DNA of 64,000 bases. Source: Vicugna vicugna (lineage: Eukaryota). A program made the position numbers and the translations under genes. Shown here piece after piece: positions 1 to 12,295 of the stretch. The number at the start of each line of letters is the position of its first letter. Within the stretch, counting starts at the first letter, position 1. Below the pieces are notes generated by a model that did not search any database, was not told where the DNA came from, and worked only from the letters and a program-made list of their open reading frames with translations. The DNA is taken from NCBI GenBank assembly GCA_013265495.1, contig MU058337.1:5622716-5686715 (forward strand), written 5' to 3'.

Positions 1-189
1 TGCTGATTCAAGGCTCTCACTTCGAGAACCCCTGTTCCGTCCTTAGATCCAGGTGTACTGAAAGAGTAGAACTTGGATTCTCAATTGATTCTTTACATTT
101 AGATGGTGTATATACAACATATGATTATTTTTATCATGCCCAATTGTGTCCCCTTGTTTTTTAAATCCTCACGATTCACTAGATATATA

Positions 190-860
190 TTTGAAGCACA
201 ATTTTTACCTAGTACTCAAGAAAACCTATAATGGGGATATTTAAGTACTCTGTGCCCTCATTTTTTGTTCACTTTATCTGCCAGTTTCTGAAAAAGGGGT
301 GTTAAAATCTCTCTCTACGAATGTAGATTTTGAATTTATTCTCTTGCTTTATTTATAGTTCAAAACTCTGATGAAAATTGTAAATTGCTTCATGATTCTT
401 CTATCTTCTTGGTAGGTGTTTTTTTAATATAATGCATCTTTTCCTTTTCTTCCTCAATGCTTTTACCCTTGAGTTATATTTTGTCATTTTAACATTGTTA
501 CTCCTGTTTTGTTTTTATTAACATTTGCCTGGCATATAATTTTCCTTCCCTCTATTTTCAAACTTTCTGCACCATTTGGTTTTACATTTGCCTCTTGTAA
601 ACAGCTCATAACTGGATTTTTAAATTCAATGCCGAGAGTCTGTGTCATTCGCATAGATTATGATTCTTGACATGTTTTCACTTTCTGCTATCCTGTTTTG
701 GTTTTCTGTTTAATGTGCACCCTTTTTACTTTTTTCTTTCCCTTGTCTCTTACTGGTAAAATTTTCTCTATTCTATTTTTCTCCTTTAAATGCTTGGAAA
801 TTATATCTATTGCTTATTCTTTAAATGGTTACCTTAAAATTGTTAGCATGCACCTTTAAG
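190..860 (-). mobile_element. Old LINE-1 (L1M/L1ME-type) fragment, ORF2 endonuclease-proximal region
   Basis: T-rich antisense L1 phrases such as 'tttctgaaaaaggggtgttaaaatctc' and 'catttgcctggcatataattttcc'; no intact ORF. Confidence 0.7.
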
Positions 861-1463
861 CATATTTTCCAAAGCTTTGCAAAAATTAACTCATTTATTT
901 ATTCAAAAAACAGTCAATGCCTGCTTACTCTGTGTAGGGCACTGTCGTGGAAGCAGGGATTCTGCAAAGTATGACACAGACAATAATCCCATGGAATTTA
1001 CATTCAAGTGAAAGTAGAAAATCAATAAAGATAATAAAGATGGCCTGTGAGTATTTACAGTCCAGCAAGGAGGTCAGCGGAAAAGACAGAGGGCAGTGGA
1101 AGATAAAGTCAGGGAAGTGATGGGGGCCAGGTCATGAAGGACCATGTGGGTGAGTGATGACCTTGGCTTTTGTACTGAGTGAGTTGGGAGCCATTGGAGG
1201 GTCCTAACCAGAGGAGAGACGCCCTCCGATTTGGGCAAGGTCACTCTGGCTGCAGTGTTGCAAATCCAATGAAAGAAAGCAAAGGCAGAAGCAGGAGGTT
1301 ATTGCAAAAATCAAGCGGAACGGTGGCTTGGAACAGAGGAGTGGCCAGGGTCGTGAAAAGTAGTCAAATTCTGGATTTACTTTGAAAGTAAGGGTCAAAC
1401 ATAAAGTTTGCTGGAAAATCAAATTGTAGTAGGTGCAAAAGAGAGGAGGACAGAGGTTCTTTC

Positions 1464-2188
1464 TGCAACCTAACTGGTTAGGTTCTGCTGGGCCCTCGAG
1501 GACGAGTCTTGGGCTCTGTTCTTGGCCCATTTAGGTCAGTTTCAGCAAGAATTCTGCTAAGTCAGTTTAGTGAAAATCTCCCACCCTTGATATCTTTATG
1601 GAATAATGACCCTCCCTCCCCAAAAGCACATATGTTGAAATCTAACCCCTAATGTGGTGGTACGTAACTAAGACATAGGGGTGAAAGCCTCATGAGTGTG
1701 ATTGCTTCCCTTATAAGTGTCATGAGAGCTTGCTTCCTCTTTCCTTCTCTTCTCTCCAGCACGTGAGGATACAAGGAGAAGTCGGCAGCCCACCATCCAG
1801 AAGTGCACTCTCCCCAAAACCTAACCAGCCAGCACCCTGATCTTCAACTTCCAGCTCCTGAGAACCATAAGAAATACATTTCTGTTGTTTATCAGCCACC
1901 CAGTCTAAACTAAAACAGTATCTTATCACCCTGGCGTGCTTTCAGGAAGAATTATATTGAGTTGATCTAGCATGAATTCCCCTAGCTTTGATGTTTCCTT
2001 TTAGTAATTTTCCATCCACTGACTCCCACTCTGCCCCTCGGCTATAAATTCCCACTTTTCCTTGTTGTGCTCAGAGTTGAGCACAATCTCTCTCTCTCCC
2101 CTCCTGCAGACTCCACTGCAGTAGTCCCCCTGAATTAAGTCTGCCTTACTGACTTTAACAAGAGTCTGAGTAATTTTTTTCTTTAACC
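1464..2188 (+). mobile_element. ERV1 solo LTR, MER31-like, split by an MLT1A insertion
   Basis: 'gtcagtttagtgaaaatctcccacccttgat', 'tagtaattttccatccactgac', TATA-like 'ctataaat', end 'ttttttctttaac'. Confidence 0.7.
1595..1917 (+). mobile_element. MaLR solo LTR, MLT1A-like
   Basis: 'tatgttgaaatctaacccctaatgtg', 'gtgaggatacaaggagaag', 'ctgatcttcaacttccagc'; near-perfect 5-bp TSD atatc (1590-1594) / gtatc (1918-1922). Confidence 0.85.
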
Positions 2189-4569
2189 AGAATAATACCA
2201 GAATGCTTAAAGAAGACTTAATGCTCAGAAAAGTTTAAAGGATAAGGAAACAGAATAATAGGGGGGAAATCAGGCAACAACATGTCCTGCTAGCCACATT
2301 CAGGTGAAAACAGTGATCGATCCACAAATAGGTCAACTATGATGAGGCCGGAGACGGACAGTTGGATTCAGTAATGTCACCAAGACCATTGGTAACATTC
2401 ATTAGATCAATTTCAATGGAGGTAAAAATCTGTTTGGACTCTTTTCTAGAGAGAATGGGGGGAGGGAGATTGGAGGCAATTATAGACAACACTTTCCAAG
2501 GGTTGGTTGCAAAGAAAGGAGGCCATTGGTGGTCTCTGTCAGGCCAGGAGAAATGGGAAAACCAGTAAGATGCCTGGATGCTGATAGCAAGGATCTGTTT
2601 GAGAGGAAATAACCAATGTTTCGAGGAGAGAGAGAAAAGAATTAATGGAGAGAAGGCAGGATGTATGGGCATTCCCCCTTGGAATATATTTGTGAAAAAC
2701 ACCAGATCATTTATCCTGTACAGTTTCTCACAGTCTGGATGTCGGTCATTGCATTTCCATGTATGGTCCAGAACTGTGGTTTCTAGGCACAATTTTTAAA
2801 ATAGCAAAACTCTTTCTTTAAACAAAATACGATGTGAATAACACTTGCAGTAGATACGGCGTAGGAAGGCACAGCCTTCGCGTTGCGGGGGGCAGATTGG
2901 GAAAGTCCAAACATGCCCACTTCCGTGCGACCCCTCCCACCACACCAGAACCAGGGCTGCACCACAGTTGCTGTGGGGCCGTGGGTCTGAACAACCCTGG
3001 GGTGGAGAATTAGTAGATAAGCATAGACTTCTGTTCATAGTGAGATTTTGAGTATCTCCACTTGTTTATGGCATTGAGCTGGAATGAGATCAAAATACTA
3101 TTTCTTGAAATAAACAGAATGCAGATTTTCCGTTTAAAGCTATTGCCATGAACAGAGATTATTTTCCACGGAGAGGAGTCCTAAGTGACCGTCCTGTTCT
3201 GGATTTGTATCCCTCTTCGCGTGCTGAGAGTTTTCACACACATGATGTCACTAAATCCTGACTTTCCTGATAGGAAAGCTGAGGCTCTGAAAGGTCAAAG
3301 CCATTATCACACAGTTAACAGGTGGGATTTTTTCCACATAATGTTCCCTTCTTTGGCTGACAAGATAATGGCACTGACCACAGGCATCAACAGGTCTTCC
3401 TGCACTTCAAGTCGTTTTGCAGAAGTAGGGATGCATTCGTGCTCAGACATTCTGTTTCCTTAATGATTAAGGGGACACGTTCTCCAGATGACTGTGCAGA
3501 GCCGGAGGCACAAGCTGTGGCTACTGAACTAAGAAAAATTAACCAGCCTGTGGGAGGGTCAGAACGTGGCCCCTGCAGGGCACTCTCACTAACTGAGCAA
3601 GGCCTGAGGAGTCTTCTAATTCTAATTAAAATTAGACAGGGGGTATTTTTCCTGCTTGTTGTCCATTCCAGGCAGGGTGCAGAAATCATTTCACCATGGA
3701 TCACGTTGTCTCTGATTAGAGAATGCACTGGTTCTGTTGAAACACAGCTTCAGGGTTTCTTAGAACAGTGATGAAATGGAAGGGGGTCAGCATGTCAAAA
3801 AGGAGAGAGAATTCAACAGGAAAATTTCTGTGCAGAAGCAGAGAACTTATTTGGGTCTGTGGGTTTCTCGTCTTCTCCAGGCTCACAGTGATTACTGATG
3901 TGCAATCAGGAGCTAAGTTATTTTCACACCCTCACATTAAGAAGCAGAAAGTTCATAAATATTTACTAAATTGTTGCATGTGATGTAATTTCTTCTGTCC
4001 CCATAGATCATAAAATGGGCTCACATTTTATACATCACCAGGTGAGGGGGAGAAAAGTGCAGGAAGACAGTAAACGAAACAGGTCATTGACTTGGCTGGC
4101 CCCACTCTGATGGCCTGTCTGGTTCTTTTCCCCCAAGAACCTCTGCTCTGCAGAGAGAAAGATTCTCAAAGCTTTGGAAGGCAGTAGCTTAAACGAAATC
4201 TCCACATTCCATGGTGAAACTGATTGATCCAAGTGATTTCCTAACTTGGAGTTCTCACACTAACAAAAGTTCAAATAATAACCACTGAATACTGTTTCCA
4301 AACGTAAGCTTGTAAACTGGGCATCGAATCACATTTTCTAGCTTCCCTTCTAATACTGAAAGCTTCGCATTGATTTTCCTCTCCTCTTCAGTTCTATCCC
4401 CTACATTCCAAACTCACTTTGATTATCTCAGATAATCAAAATAATCTCAAGTAACAAGTAAGAATCAAATAATGACTAAAATCTTAGGCCATTTAAGGAC
4501 ACACTGCTTGATGCCACACCACAAGAGACAAAGCATACAAGTTAAAAACTGGTGGTTCACTGTTCATAT

Positions 4570-4812
4570 CTGTCCTACAAACATATATTATCTATCCCAC
4601 AAAGTGTTTTAAAAAATTCAGTTGATTACTAAAATTTACAAATTGGAGAATTTCCAATGGTTTTATGTCTCAAGTTAAAAATTTGGAAAATCTGGCAATA
4701 CTGGGTTCACTGATTTTCTTGGTGTCACCACACTGCCACAGTCCCCACCACTCCCTTCTGTCCTTACACTTGGTCTCTTTCACTTTGTAAGGCATTTGAG
4801 TTCGCAATCCCT
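4570..4812. mobile_element. hAT-Charlie non-autonomous DNA transposon, MER102-like
   Basis: 'ggaaaatctggcaatactggg', 'ccccaccactccc', terminal 'gcatttgagttcgcaatccct'. Confidence 0.55.
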
Positions 4813-4999
4813 TTCCACATGTAATCCCTATCCAAATGCACCTCCTTCAATAACAGAGGAAACTCTAAGACATAAATTTTAAAATCACATTTCCTTGTTC
4901 CATTTAATTATTCATTGATTCACTACCATTGGCATGTCCTACACTAACCACTGAGGCTATAAAAATGATTAGAAACTTTGAGGATACTACTGTACATAT

Positions 5000-7555
5000 T
5001 TAATTCAATAGCTAACATCAAAAAAAAAAATGACATCACCAAATACTGAAGAGGATGCGGGGCAACAGGAACCAACAGGAACTCTCACTCATTCCTGATG
5101 GAAATTCAAAATGGTGCAGTCACTTTGGACGACAGTGTGGCAGTTTCTTTTGTGCCGCCTCAGTACTCATACATTGAAATCCTTCCCCACCAATGTGATA
5201 GTATTAGGAGGTGGGAGCTTTGGGAGGTAATCAGGATTAGGTGAGATCATACGAACAGAGTCCTCACGTAGGGAATCAGCACCCTTATAAGAGTCACAGG
5301 AGAGCTTACTACCCTTCTCTGCTCACCATCATGTGAGATGACAAGACAAGTGGCGTCTGGAGCCTGGAGGAGGGCCCTCACCAGAATCTGGCCATGCTGG
5401 CTCCCTGGTCTGACTTCCAGCCTCCAGACTGGGAGAAACAAATTTCTGTTGTTGATACTTTGTTATGGCAGCCTGAACTGACTAAGACATATGCAATTAT
5501 TTGTAGCAGCTTTATTCATAATTGCCCCAAACTAGAAATAACCAAGGTGTCCTTCAATATATAAATGTATCAACTGTGGTGCGTGCATAAAGTGGAATAT
5601 TATTAAGTGATAAAAAGGAACAAGTTAGTAATTCACAGGACATGAACCGTAATTGTATTTTGCAAAATTAAAAAAAAACTAGTCTGAAAGGCTATGTATA
5701 TATACGACGTTCTGGAAAAGGAAAACTCCTAAGGAAAGAAAACAGATCAGCGACTGTCAGGTATTTGAGGAGTGGGAAATGTTTGACTGATGGAAGCACA
5801 GAGCACTTTGTAGGGTCATATAACTAACCTATGTGGTACAGTAGTGGTAGAGACAAGATGTTATGCATTTGTCAGGCCCATAAACTTTACAGCACAAAGA
5901 GTGAATCTTAGTGTAAGCAAAGAGGAAAAAATATGACTTAGGGGGTCAAGATACCCCAGGATGGGATGGAAACAAAAGAACCTAACTTTATTACGAATGT
6001 ATGAAATACCTTCACTATGGGGGTGGTAGGAAAAAAGTGCTGGCCTAAGTAATTTTGGAAATGAGTAGAAGCTGCAAAACTAAAAGCAAAAGGAGCTTCA
6101 CACAAGCATGGTACTCCAGTAATGTCTTTCTTACGGGGGAATAGGCTAACAACTTTGAAACCATGAAAGACAGACAGACAGACAGACAGACACTGGAATT
6201 GAACAATGCAGTAAATATCCAGCAGATGGTGAGAGCTAGATTTTTCTCTGCTAGAGTGGGAGATTACAGACAAGCAAAAGAAGACTAAAACGATCCACGT
6301 AGTAATGAATTTGAGTTCAAGAACATCAGCATGAACTCATGCTACCCTAATTTAGATACAGATGGATACATATAGAAATATTTATAGATATATGTATATT
6401 CATGAGTTAGTATACACACATACATTTTCTTGCTCTCTCAGCTGGGAGGGCCTGGAAGCAATGACACCCCAGTAGCAATGAGCACACCTAGGGCCACCTA
6501 TTAGCTTCTAACACCATTCTCCAATAAAAGGAACCAGGACTTCTTAAAAAATTGGCTGATTCCAGGGCTGGGACAGGGATTATGTAGGATGAGCCTGGAA
6601 CATCTGGTAATGCCAAAAAGTCAGAAAGTTCTCCAAAAAAAAAAAATGACAGGGTATATAAAAGGGACAAGGAAGACAACCCGAAAGAGTTCCCAGTGGC
6701 CAAAGCTAGAAGAATTTGAGCAACAATAATGTGGTATTGGATTATAACCCAATATAGCAAATAAACATGCATGAATCTATAACAATATAAATGACTGACT
6801 AAATAAATAAATGCGGAAGAAGAGGCAAGTCTCCCATACAGAAGAATCTCAAATAATTTATGTAGATTCTCCCCCGGCAAAGAGGTTGAGTGTCGGCTGC
6901 ACTTGGTGACTTGCTTCCAACAAGGAGAGAACAGCAAGTCAGGGGGAAAAGCACAGTGGAGAATCCTGGCAAGTGCGACCTGAGCCAGGTGAGGAAGGCT
7001 GGCGTCATCCGTGGTAAGTCATGCTGACAGCAAGTGAATGTCCCCTTGATCTGATTTGATGAGAATGACACTTGGCCTCTGTTGTCCTCCTTCCCGGTAC
7101 CAAGGAACCTAGTTTAACCATGAGTAAAACAGCAGCCAAAGCCAACAAGAGGGACTGTCTACAAAATACCGGACTAGTACTCCTCAAACTGCCACGGTCC
7201 TGGAAAACAAGGAGACTCAGAAACTGTCACAGACCAGAGGAGGCTCAGCAGACATGATGACTAAATGCAATGTGACATTCTCGACTGAAAACCAGATCAG
7301 AACATGGACATTAAGAGAAGCCTGGTGAAATGCAAATAAAGTCTGGAGTTTCACTGATAACATCTACCAATGTCGGCTCCTTATTTGGGACGCATGTATC
7401 ATGGTGATGTTAAGCTAATAACAACATCTTACTGAGACTGGATGAGGGTGCACAGCAGTCCCCTGTACTGTCTCTGCAAGTCTACCCCTGCACCATCGAC
7501 GAATCTAAAACTATTCTAAAGTGAAAAGTCTATTTAAAAGCAAACAAACAAAAAA
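5000..7555 (+). mobile_element. L1MC/L1MD-type LINE-1 3' region (ORF2 end plus long 3'UTR), interrupted by MLT1A
   Basis: 'caacaggaactctcactcatt', 'gcagctttattcataattgcccc', 'gcaatgacaccccagtagcaatgagcacaccta', end 'aatctaaaactattctaaag' followed by an A-rich tail. Confidence 0.85.
5151..5489 (+). mobile_element. MaLR solo LTR, MLT1A-like
   Basis: 'aatgtgatagtattaggaggtggg', 'gacttccagcctccagactg', end 'gcagcctgaactgactaagaca'. Confidence 0.85.
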
Positions 7556-8049
7556 AGACCCTAAGGAGCTTCCTGATCCAGGAGGGGACATACATCCTCT
7601 GCTTGGAACACTCCAACGCTGGTAAACTCTTAGTTTTCCTTCACACCTCAGCTAAAGTGCGACTTCCTGAAAACTATTCCTAATTCCTAACTTGGGTCCC
7701 CTCTTTGTTACTTCTCACACCATCCTTTCCTCATTATTCCCAGCAAATATGCCACTGTATTTTCACTGGGTGAAGGCTGGTTAAAATCTCTCTTCCTGAA
7801 CACACTCTAAGCTCCATGAGAACAGACACCATGTCTGTTTTGCTCCTCACGTAGCAGACAATGTGGCACGTAGCCGCTGTACAATATATCGTTTTGGAAA
7901 GAAAGGAGGAAAAAGGGAGGAAGGAGGAGATGGAGGAAAATGAGAGGAAAACAGGAAGAGAGAGAAGGAAGGAAGAGTGGATATATATTACAACAGAGCA
8001 AATATCGTAGGATGAAGAGAATCAGACTGGGCAAGTGGAAAGTGAGTCA

Positions 8050-8930
8050 TGGACAGATGGGGTGCAGAGGATTTCTGGGGCACAGCAATTCTGTAAGATA
8101 GTCTAATGGTGAATACATGTCATTATACATTTGTCAAACACACAGAAGATACAGTATCAAGAGTGAACCCTGATATGAACTACAGATGAGGGTGGTAACA
8201 AGGTGGCCAGTAAAGTTGTTATGTGGGGGGCAGATATGTCACCCCAAAATGTCTCTTTCACATGAGGATTATTCCGAGCTAAAGACACACAGGAAGAAAC
8301 TTTGAGCTTCCCACTAACCGCCTGAAGGATTATAGAGAGAGGACATATTCCAGGACGGGAACTGTCACCATAGGTCACAATAATATGAATGAGGTGTGAT
8401 AGACAGGGAGAAACCAGACAAGTCTGTTTGTTAAAATTCCTCTCTGTGTCCCATTGTCTCTGCACAGCCCAAGCAAACATGTATTTACCAAACATTTGCT
8501 TTTTCATCTCCAAGTGAATTTCTTTCCTCCTCTTGAAGTCCCAAACCACCACCCCCAACATCCTCTTTTGTCTTTAACTGAAGATGGTATCTGAGGTGAG
8601 GGTTTCATTTCTTTTCGGCCGTTTCGGTGAGTTTTTCAGTTTTTCTAGGTCTCTCCCATGTATTCATGTTATTAAACTTTTGTCTGATTTCACTCCTGTT
8701 AATCTGTCTCATGTCAGTTTAAACCTTAGTTTAAACTTAGCAGCCAGAAAAACCCAGAAGAATAAAGTGTCCTTCTCCCTTTCAGTAACAAACATATGAC
8801 TCTGGTGGGGGATGTTGACAGTGGGAGAGATTATACAAGGTGAGGACGGGGGTATTTGCAAACTCTGTATCTTCCTCTCAATTTCCCAGTAAGCCTAAAA
8901 CTGGTCTAAAATTAAAGTCTATTTTAAAAA
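8050..8930 (+). mobile_element. L1MC-type 3' end split by an ERV1 LTR
   Basis: 'atacatgtcattatacatttgtcaaa', 'agagtgaaccctgat'; resumes at 8785 'gtaacaaacatatgactctggtggggatgttgacagtggg'; ends 'cctaaaactggtctaaaattaaagtctatt'. Confidence 0.8.
8222..8784 (+). mobile_element. ERV1 solo LTR, MER34/MER39-like
   Basis: TG...CA termini; 4-bp TSD gtta/gtaa; family 5' motif 'gtcaccccaaaat...ggattatt'; polyA-like 'attaaa'. Confidence 0.8.
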
Positions 8931-10639
8931 AATAGTCAACTTTCCAAAATATAAGCGATACGTTTTATAAAACATATTCGTGTATTTGCACACATGTACA
9001 TGTTCTTATACACAAAAAATACTTCACACACATACATAAAACATGTGTACAAAAATCTTCTTTCCAAAAGATCACCATTGGACAGGGTTCATTTTGCTTC
9101 TTTGTTTTCTTTTGTTTACTCTTTGCCCTCTAAGAACACCACTGCAGACCCCAGGTCCAAAACGCTGATGGAATCCATACTTTGTGAGAAATGCAATCTT
9201 TTATTTCAAGGCATGCCCATTTTTTTTAACATGTTGCCAATCGCTTTACATATTTCCTATGTGTCTCTAAATATATATTTTATACCACCTTGCAATTAAA
9301 TCTTCAACAGATACAGTTCAACAACATCCGGGGGCGGGAAGGGACGCACTGACTCGTGGGCGATAAAAATTCACAGTAAAGCCACAGATGTAGCAGAGTG
9401 AGAATTACCGTGCCAGCAGGAACTGGAGATAAAAGAGGATTACACATGATGAAATGTAGTAATTGACTAGAAGTCACCGAAAAATACCAGATGGATATCA
9501 CTGCTCTGTATAACTCTAATGTGCCTGTAGACTTTATTGAGTATCACTAGAGGTTCACTTTTAGTATTTTCTTGAGTGTAATCGAAGTTTATTGATATGC
9601 TATTATTGCCCAGTTTAGATGTGACCATAAAAAAATAGTTTGATATAGTTGTGTCTCCATAGAAATCTTGGGCTTTGCAGCTTAAAATAAAAGCTCATAG
9701 TAATAATTGCCATAATATTTATTCCTCTTCCTCCATTAGACCTTTACGTAGAATATGGACAGTAACTCCTCCAGATAGCATTGAAATTGCAGGGATATTT
9801 TCAGGAGTGATTGGCGCATAAAAGCTCAGACATGCAATTTTGGATACTACCAAGGGAGACTTACAAAGGATTTTTATGTCGAAGGTAAAAGAAAACAAAT
9901 TTATATGCTGAAATGAGTTGCCATGGGTGGTGCAGTTCCCTATTAGTTATCATGGGTTTATTTCCCATTTCGTTTTCAATACAGGAAGAGTATAAAAATA
10001 ACTGTCCATCTGAGCTAGAATATTCGTTCTGTAAACACAGAAGCCTCAGATCTCAACAAAAGACCTCTCAGCATAATAAGCAAAGGCCATTTCCCTCCAC
10101 AACAAACATTTTAAATTAAGCTGGAAATAATGGGTGTGAAAATGATTGCTTCTCAGAGCAGCAAAGAAAAACTCTTGGTGGGAATTCCAGGTACAGCTCG
10201 GCTCATATCACTGACAAGTTAGTATAAACCGGTAAGAAGCTACTTCAAGGCCCAAGTCAAAGGGCCATGCAACTTGATTATGTTTTCACAAGCTGAAAAT
10301 CAGATTCCATTACTAAGGGAAACAGCTGAACCTTGAACTCTGGCGAGGTGCTCCAAGTAAAGTTAAGAAAGGAATGTATGGTCTGGGCGGTAGAACCTGA
10401 GACTTCCCAGAGGAAACAGAGAGGGGAGGTAACTCCCAACTGAGGCAGGCTCCTCTCCTTCCCCCCTACCCCTTCTCCAAACCCACAGGCACACGCTCCA
10501 GCCTCAGGGCACACTTCACAGGTCCCATCCAACCCACGTTTTCCGTGGGCTGCCCCTTCAGTGTTGACAGCAATGTGCTAGCGCAGCTGAAGTCTGGCCG
10601 GCACCTCCCTTATACTTCCAACCCTGCAGCAGTGTGGCT

Positions 10640-10782
10640 CCAGGGCTTCGTCCTGGAGGGGACGCTCCTGGAGGGCTCCTCAGCCCCACACCACACCCAC
10701 TGACTCAGAATCTCAGGAATCTCTGCATTTTTAATGAGCTTGCAGGGGAAGCTCACTCACAGAAAGGTATAAGAAGCACTGA
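10640..10782. mobile_element. MER5A-like hAT MITE
   Basis: 'cccactgactcagaatctc', 'tctgcatttttaatgagc', 'aagaagcactg'. Confidence 0.6.
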
Positions 10783-12263
10783 CGTAGTGTTTACCCAGAC
10801 CTGCTTCTGAACAGAAGGGAAACCAGGTAAGGGAAGAGTGGGCACAACATTACAAGAAGGAAAAATCTAGACGTATGGTGCCTAACTCTGTGTTTGGCTC
10901 TTGATATGCATGCTTGAATAAATAATGAAAAAAATTCAAATGAGTAAAAGACTCACTTCTTTCATGCAGGCATCCGTGTATTTTCACAAATATGTTAAAC
11001 ATATCCACACCTACTTTTTATCTGTTTGGGGGGAAATTAATTCAACTTTATAAGTAGTTTGCTATTTTAAGACTGGGATATCCACAGGCTGGCCCAGAAA
11101 CTCTGTAGAGCTGCCTGGACTGGACCAACCGGGAAGAGGGGGAGAAGAAGAAAGCAAAAGAGACTTGCTGAAGCCTTGAGCGACTCAGCACAGCGGGGCG
11201 GTCTGGACTCTGCAACACCCAGGTGGGAACATGTCTTGTCTCTTCGTTTTTTTTGCTATGATCACAGAGTTAGGAGAATTACGCTGAGAACCACAACGAT
11301 AAGCCATATGCCATTACCATCACTGTTCTGCACGGGCAAACCTTTCCCATCCGGCATGTTCGCCCCTTTTCCTTGTTTACTCTCCTCTTCCCATACGTAC
11401 GTGTCCAACACGTAACATGGGTTTCAGTTTGGGACCGGGGTCTGTGTACGGCAAGTGCAGATGCCAACACCAGATTTGTTTTTGTTTTTTGTTTTCCCCT
11501 GAGAAATCAAAGTACATTCACTCAACAACAGAATTGAGCACTGACTTGAGCCCAGGTTCTGTGTTAGGCTCTGGAGGCATCAAACTGTATGAAATACAGC
11601 CCATGCCCAAGGAGTCTTCCTTGAGGGGTGAACTGTGACCCCCTAAACCCGTAAGGTGAAGCCCTAAACCCCAGTACTTTGTGCTCTATCAGGAAACAGG
11701 GAGTATTTAAAGACATCTTTAAGTTGAAGGCATCATTTTGTCTTTATGTCATAAAAACCATACATCTTTACGATATAAAGACATAAAGACACTCAGTCCA
11801 CAGTACCTTGTTGTAACAGCCATCGCAAAACTCACACAGGAAAAAACACAAACACAAAAACAGCCAGTTTTGCCTCCCATTCCAACTCTGATTTGTTTTG
11901 CAAAGACTTGAATAAGGAACTGTTCCCTCTCCCTCCCATGGCCCTTGCTGAGAACACGAGAGCACTGATGTAACACCCCGAGTCTCCAAGGGAAGGGCCC
12001 CTTGTCTTAACCAAACCTCACCCTTCACCTTCACCTCTGTGGAGTGGGAATGAGAAGTCCTGGGGACCCTCTCAGGCTGGCAGGTCATCCTCATGATTCA
12101 CACATACAGACCTCAGGACTCACAGACTGGCTGGTCACAGCCACAAAAATCTTGTCACATGGAATGCTGGAGACCAAATTCTGTGTTCCTGGTCCTGAGT
12201 GCAATGCTCTGTGGGTTGCTATTTTTAAGAGTTGTCAAAGGATATAGAACAAGATCATATAAC

Positions 12264-12291
<28 letters not shown>
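12264..12291. repeat. (ATT)n microsatellite
   Basis: About 9 perfect ATT units, read directly. Confidence 0.95.

Positions 12292-12295
<4 letters not shown>

Larger units (their letters stand above)
890..2660 (-). mobile_element. LINE-2 fragment interrupted by an LTR (1464-2188)
   Basis: L2 3'-end-like start 'tcatttattttattcaaaaaacag...gggcactgt'; L2 body motifs 'gggagccattggagggt' and 'tcactctggctgcagtg'; purine-rich L2-like sequence resumes after ~2190. Confidence 0.75.

Noticed and set aside
6217..6234. CTCF-like CCAGCAGATGGTG
   Set aside because: A single imperfect motif inside an L1 3'UTR with no supporting context.
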